A DNA stretch of 20,000 nt. It comes from an uncultured virus (IMG/VR IMGVR_UViG_3300019885_000016) (Duplodnaviria; Heunggongvirae; Uroviricota; Caudoviricetes). Below are positions 15,619 to 20,000 of this stretch, piece by piece. The position numbers and the translations under genes are program-made. The stretch lies in the IMG/VR virus record IMGVR_UViG_3300019885_000016; one strand, written 5' to 3'. The notes under the pieces are model-generated. The model ran no database searches. It worked only from the letters and a program-made list of their open reading frames with translations, and was not told where the DNA came from. Each line of letters starts with the position of its first letter. The stretch's first letter is position 1.

Positions 15619-17616
15619 ATGCGACGACAACTCTTTGCGTTTACCCTGGCACTTCTCTTAGCGTTCGGCCTGCTGCCTCAGTTGATGGACTGGCGCGCGT
15701 CTGCCACGAACATCACGATTTCCAGTCAAACGGTTCCCAACATCAGGTGGGGTGGAACTACTGCAACTTTAAGAATCTACAGCTCTCAGAATTTCATAGC
15801 AAGTGACGGCACTCCTGTCCTTAGTGGGACGGTAGGTACTACCAATATCTATCAGAGCGTTAGTTGTACGATTTCCGGCTCAACGCTCACAGTTCCGTCT
15901 TTCACTCTGCAAAGTACCTTAGATGGAGCTAACCGTACAGACGCGAGGTACACGGCGGTTTTCTATGATTCTCATGGGAGTCAGAAGAGCATACTGCTTG
16001 GGAATTTCTACGTTCCTTCGACTCCCACTACAACGACGTGGAGTGAATTAGCTGTCACAAATGCGAGTCAACCGAAGCCCTTCGGAGACACCTATTCTAC
16101 TACCGCACAAGTACAGGCTCTCATAGCAGCTAGACTGCCAGCACCAAAAGCGTCGGATGCTATCTCCGGCACGGTTACGCTCTCAGTCCCGCCCGCGTCT
16201 TCATCTACTCCTATCGCTCTTGGTTCTAATGATAGAAGGATAATGAATGCGTTCAATGTAATGAACGCGCCTTACTATGCGGTTGGTGATCATTCAACAG
16301 ACGATACGGCTGCGATTCAGGCGACTATCACGGCGGCAGCAGGACAGCCCGTCCATCTTCCCTGTGGTAAGCGATTCAAGATCACATCACAGTTAACCAA
16401 CAATGGCCTGCCAATCACCCTCTTTAGTCTCTGCGGGCAGGGCGAGAGCACGCAGGAAGCTCACAACGCTTCGCTTGAGTGGTACGGAGCGGCTGGCGGA
16501 ACGATGCTTTCAATCACTGGCGCTAACTATGTCCGTATCTCAGGGATAGCATTTGAGGCTTTCGCAGGTTCAAATGGCGCAGATACGGCTATAAAGATTG
16601 ACAGCCCGACAAGACAGGCAGACGTAATCATCAACGATTGCTCTATACGGCTTTCTGGCGTGCGCTCAAGTTTCAAAGCCATCTACCTCAGTCCGACCGC
16701 GACAAGCAATAACGAAAACATGAAAATCTCGAATGTTTACTGCGAAGCCAGTAACAGTTCGAGTATGGCGGCCTCGCGCGGCTCATGTCTTTACATGGGC
16801 AACAACTCGCAGGCGGACGTGATTGTTCTTGATCGCGTTTGGTTCGCTTTCGGGGGCACGCTTATACGCACGTATGGGCAGGACATCAAGATAGTGGACT
16901 CCTTCTTGAGCGCGGCCAACGTCGGAATCTCAGCCGCTTCAGGCGACCTCACTCTTGACAATGTTCACACGGAAGGCGTGAGGCAGTTCATCAGAACTGA
17001 GACTGGCTTAAATCAACTCGTCCTTCAAAACTCTACAATAGTCAACGATGCGTGGGTTGCGGCGACTCCTGTTTTTGACTTCTCGACTGGTTCCCTAGCG
17101 CTGGATTTTCGTAATAATAGATTTGGCAATGGGGCAAACTTCGACTTGGCGCAGGTTTTCATCAAGCCGCCCACAGGCGCGAATAACGTCTCCCTCTCTT
17201 CCTTCAATAATATCTACCCGAACATAACAAGTCTAGGGTTCGAGAACATTGGATTGGGCTATCTCTCCTGCCATGACCGAGGGTTGAATGGAGAGATAGC
17301 CTCCCTTTCGTGGTCTGGGTGCGTTCATGGCGGGCCTGTACGAATCCCCGTCGCTTTTACGATGGGTGACGCAGACCCGATACCGGCAGTTACGAACTAC
17401 TCTGCTGTTCGGACAGCGAACACGGGCGCAACTACCTACACGAATTTTCGTGAAGGGCGTAACGGGCAAATCCTCATTATCATTGTGGGAGATGCTAACT
17501 CCACGATTCAGAACAACTCCAACATCGTGACCCGTTCAGGCAGCAACATCACCTGCACAAACGGGGCTACTTACACGTTTTATTTTGATGGCTCTAAGTG
17601 GCGTCAAATCAACTAG
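15619..17616 (+). CDS. Tailspike/depolymerase-like beta-helix protein (pectate_lyase_3-type N-cap) with N-terminal signal peptide, 665 aa
   Basis: Start moved to ATG 15619. The N-cap is FNVMNAPYYAVGDHSTDDTAAIQATI...VHLPCGKRFKIT, followed by beta-helix coils and a C-terminal YFDGSKWRQI. The leader is MRRQLFAFTLALLLAFGLLPQLMDWRASA|T. Confidence 0.8.
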   Translation: MRRQLFAFTLALLLAFGLLPQLMDWRASATNITISSQTVPNIRWGGTTATLRIYSSQNFIASDGTPVLSGTVGTTNIYQSVSCTISGSTLTVPSFTLQSTLDGANRTDARYTAVFYDSHGSQKSILLGNFYVPSTPTTTTWSELAVTNASQPKPFGDTYSTTAQVQALIAARLPAPKASDAISGTVTLSVPPASSSTPIALGSNDRRIMNAFNVMNAPYYAVGDHSTDDTAAIQATITAAAGQPVHLPCGKRFKITSQLTNNGLPITLFSLCGQGESTQEAHNASLEWYGAAGGTMLSITGANYVRISGIAFEAFAGSNGADTAIKIDSPTRQADVIINDCSIRLSGVRSSFKAIYLSPTATSNNENMKISNVYCEASNSSSMAASRGSCLYMGNNSQADVIVLDRVWFAFGGTLIRTYGQDIKIVDSFLSAANVGISAASGDLTLDNVHTEGVRQFIRTETGLNQLVLQNSTIVNDAWVAATPVFDFSTGSLALDFRNNRFGNGANFDLAQVFIKPPTGANNVSLSSFNNIYPNITSLGFENIGLGYLSCHDRGLNGEIASLSWSGCVHGGPVRIPVAFTMGDADPIPAVTNYSAVRTANTGATTYTNFREGRNGQILIIIVGDANSTIQNNSNIVTRSGSNITCTNGATYTFYFDGSKWRQIN

Positions 17617-17626
17617 CGAGGTACTC

Positions 17627-19072
17627 ATGCGAAGTTTTTTAAGCATTCTGTTTATTCTTACCTTCTTCACCTTTGGCATGGCGCAGGATTCATCTATTAC
17701 TGCTCGTAAGGTCGTTGTAGGCGTGACCAATTCAAGCTCTACAGGCACAACTGTAAATCGCCTTGCGAAACTGTCCGGCGCTCCAAGTAAAGCTTTAATA
17801 GCCGCCACAACAGATACGGATGGGGTGATAGGCATAATCGTTGCTGGCGCTGGCACATCCGGTATAGCGACTATTCAGACTGAAGGAATAGCCCCGTGTG
17901 CGTTCGATGGCGCTACTACAGCTAATGACTACGTAGGCATCAGTTCAAGCACGGCAGGGAAGTGTCACGATGCAGGTAGTTCTTATCCAACGAGCGGGCA
18001 GGTCGTAGGCAGGGTGCTTTCTACCAATGGCAGCGCAGGAACTTATAGCGTGCTGCTTGGGGCAGGGTATTCCACTGTTCCGTGCGCAACGTGTGTTACA
18101 TCTGCATCCTCGTCGACAGCCAACCGCCTTATGGTCGGGGCTGGTTCTCAAGCATCTACTGTTCTAGGCTCTCTTGGAACTACTACAACGGTATTACATG
18201 GCAATGCGAGTGGAGCACCAACTTTCGGGGCGGTTAGCCTATCAACAGACGTGACGGGCAATCTCCCTGTTACAAACAATACCGTCTCAGTCTTAGATGG
18301 CTCAGTCGCCTATTGTGCAGATGCGGGTGCTAGTGACGCTTACGCCTGCTCGCTCTCTCCTGCCCCCGCCTCATACGTGACAGGCGCAAGGTATCGCTTC
18401 AAAGCTAATACAGCCAATACAGGTGCAGCAACAATCAATCTTAATTCTCTTGGCGCTAAAGCCATCAAGAAAGCGGCAGGAGGCATCACTACAGATTTAG
18501 CGGATAATGATATTCGCGTCGGTCAGGTTGTTGATTTAGTGTACGACGGCACGAATATGCAGATGCAGTCTACGCTTGGCAACGCGGGTAGTGGGCTGGC
18601 TTCCATCAATGGCGACTCGACGGCGGCACAAGTTATCGCGGCAGGGAACGGAATATCAATAACAGACGCAGGCGCAACGCATACAATTGCAGTAACAGGC
18701 GAGCATCTTCTATCCACTACCACAGTTAATACAAACGTGGGAACTAAGCAGGCTCTTTACACTGTACCTGTAGGAAAGCATTGTATTGTTACTAAGATTG
18801 TAGTGAGAAGTGTGAGCGCAAGTCTTGGCGCAATGAGCGATGCACTCAGTTTCGGCTTTGACGTTGACGCAGGGGATTTCAACGCACCTCTTAACTCTAC
18901 TGCGTTATCAACCTTAACAGACAACACACTTGCTCTCACTCTCCACAACGATGCTGAGATTACGCTTTCGCCAGTTAAGATAGGTAGTGCTGGCAATGTC
19001 TTTGGCTGCTTTTTCAACGACACCTCTATAACCGCAACAGTAGTTATTGACGTGTTCGGCTACCTCTACTAG
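17627..19072 (+). CDS. Mosaic tail-fibre-like protein with N-terminal signal peptide, 481 aa
   Basis: Start moved to ATG 17627 (GAGGT SD). The leader is MRSFLSILFILTFFTFGMA|Q. Fibre modules include FKANTANTGAATINLNSLGAKAIKK...LVYDGTN and LYTVPVGK. Confidence 0.75.
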   Translation: MRSFLSILFILTFFTFGMAQDSSITARKVVVGVTNSSSTGTTVNRLAKLSGAPSKALIAATTDTDGVIGIIVAGAGTSGIATIQTEGIAPCAFDGATTANDYVGISSSTAGKCHDAGSSYPTSGQVVGRVLSTNGSAGTYSVLLGAGYSTVPCATCVTSASSSTANRLMVGAGSQASTVLGSLGTTTTVLHGNASGAPTFGAVSLSTDVTGNLPVTNNTVSVLDGSVAYCADAGASDAYACSLSPAPASYVTGARYRFKANTANTGAATINLNSLGAKAIKKAAGGITTDLADNDIRVGQVVDLVYDGTNMQMQSTLGNAGSGLASINGDSTAAQVIAAGNGISITDAGATHTIAVTGEHLLSTTTVNTNVGTKQALYTVPVGKHCIVTKIVVRSVSASLGAMSDALSFGFDVDAGDFNAPLNSTALSTLTDNTLALTLHNDAEITLSPVKIGSAGNVFGCFFNDTSITATVVIDVFGYLY

Positions 19073-19076
19073 AGAT

Positions 19077-19104
19077 TTGAGCAGTTTGTTTGCATAACGC
19101 TCAA
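19077..19104. terminator. Imperfect hairpin between convergent transcription units (possible terminator)
   Basis: TTGAGC...GCTCAA inverted repeat starting 4 nt after the fibre stop. No strong T-tract on the + strand. Confidence 0.3.
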
Positions 19105-19134
19105 TTCAGCCACAAAACAATAACTAGAAAAGGG

Positions 19135-19302
19135 CTACTTTAGACGCCAGCTTGAAAGCGCTGGCGCTGATGCTGCGGATTCATCCCCCGCATGAATGCG
19201 GCGGTCTTCTCCGAAGTTTTGATAAAACATATTTGTTGATTCACGGATGAGGATACAACGGTATTTCTCTCCATTGGGGTGAGTGTAGATAAGTTCTTGC
19301 AT
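19135..19302 (-). CDS. Small hypothetical protein (55 aa; below the ORF-track cut-off)
   Basis: Translated by hand: MQELIYTHPNGEKYRCILIRESTNMFYQNFGEDRRIHAGDESAASAPALSSWRLK*. It starts 5 nt after the J-domain gene stop and has no clear SD. Confidence 0.4.
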   Translation of the reverse strand: MQELIYTHPNGEKYRCILIRESTNMFYQNFGEDRRIHAGDESAASAPALSSWRLK

Positions 19303-19307
19303 AGAAG

Positions 19308-20000
19308 TCAGTGCGCACCAGCATGATGTTGGCGTAAGACTTTAATGGCAGCGTTCACGCTCGACATAGATGCCACGCTTCCGCCCAAATCAGGATGAGT
19401 CTTTCGAGCAGCAGCCTTGAATGCCGTCTCTGTCTCAGCCGAACTGTTCAATAAAGTATCCGCCGTCCAACCGCCCTCTGCGCAGGCCGCAATCACATTG
19501 GCAGCCGCTTCGGGCGTCAACTTGCCGGTTTGATTCCCGGTCTGAGCTTCAACCTTCTTATGCTTGAATCCTGCGTAATGCTGGTCGCGCGTTTCAATCC
19601 CAACTCCATACTTCTTAGTCTCACGAATGGATTTCAGAGTAAGAGCGATTGCGCGTAGATTGTCTTCCCAATGATCGAACGTCGAACAGGGAAACTCCAG
19701 CAGGTCATAAACTCCCAATGGTTGATTCTGAGCATTCTTTTGGCCTGTGGGACGCCACTTCTCAAAGGTGAGGCACACACCTGCAAATCTAGGTGTGCGG
19801 GCGTTCACGCGCGGGAGTCCGTCAAAGCGAATATCTTCTCCGCGATGCCCTGTCTGCAAAGCTGGATTTCTAGCGTTGATTCTATCCAACTCGGATTTCA
19901 GTAAATCAACCGTCTTTGGGTATGAAGCGCGAAACGGTGCGCGCCTTGCGCTAGTACCACCGTAAGGCCATCGGTCTATCGTCTCAAACTTAAAGTCCAT
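19308..20000 (-). CDS. Phage protein with C-terminal DnaJ J-domain (HPD motif), 230 aa
   Basis: The J-domain helix II-HPD-helix III is AFKAAARKTHPDLGGSVASMSSVNAAIKVL. The N-terminal domain has DGLPR...FPCSTFDHWEDNLRAIALTL...YGV. The ATG is exactly at the window edge. Confidence 0.85.
   Translation of the reverse strand: MDFKFETIDRWPYGGTSARRAPFRASYPKTVDLLKSELDRINARNPALQTGHRGEDIRFDGLPRVNARTPRFAGVCLTFEKWRPTGQKNAQNQPLGVYDLLEFPCSTFDHWEDNLRAIALTLKSIRETKKYGVGIETRDQHYAGFKHKKVEAQTGNQTGKLTPEAAANVIAACAEGGWTADTLLNSSAETETAFKAAARKTHPDLGGSVASMSSVNAAIKVLRQHHAGAH

Noticed and set aside
19145..19197. Hairpins CGCCAGC/GCTGGCG and ATTCAT/ATGAAT as a possible ncRNA or tRNA
   Set aside because: No cloverleaf or T-loop motif, the stems are short, and they lie inside a plausible 55-codon ORF.
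84..19965. Remaining short ORFs in the six-frame track
   Set aside because: They are shadow frames inside longer, better-supported genes and show no recognisable motifs.
1..20000. CRISPR array, DGR template/variable repeats, att sites, introns/inteins, stop-codon recoding
   Set aside because: No long nucleotide repeats, reverse transcriptase, integrase or interrupted genes were seen by eye. Standard-code ORFs tile the window densely.
1..20000. Host assignment (the fibre motifs reminded me of Acidobacteriota prophages)
   Set aside because: This is an impression only. There are no host genes in the window and no search was run.

Overview
This window is the virion morphogenesis module of a podovirus-like tailed phage or prophage. 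The + strand order is: 5'-truncated portal, four small accessory ORFs, a structured leader, putative scaffold, HK97-fold major capsid protein, three hypotheticals, two adaptor-like genes, a signal-peptide fibre-like protein, a Zn-motif protein, a P22 gp10/T7 gp12-like nozzle, a short fibre, a GNAT, a small ejection-like protein, a signal-peptide tailspike and a signal-peptide fibre. One inverted gene with its own extended -10 promoter interrupts the operon. A convergent J-domain gene closes the window. No tape-measure, terminase, integrase, lysis, tRNA or CRISPR feature was seen. Two things stand out. (1) The small accessory proteins end in short peptides that match internal peptides of this phage's own structural proteins, with mostly different codons. 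The strongest case is AFAVAEGGP, 9/9 identical to the capsid protein. (2) Three fibre/tailspike-type proteins carry classical N-terminal export signals. All product calls come from motif recognition and gene order; no database search was run.
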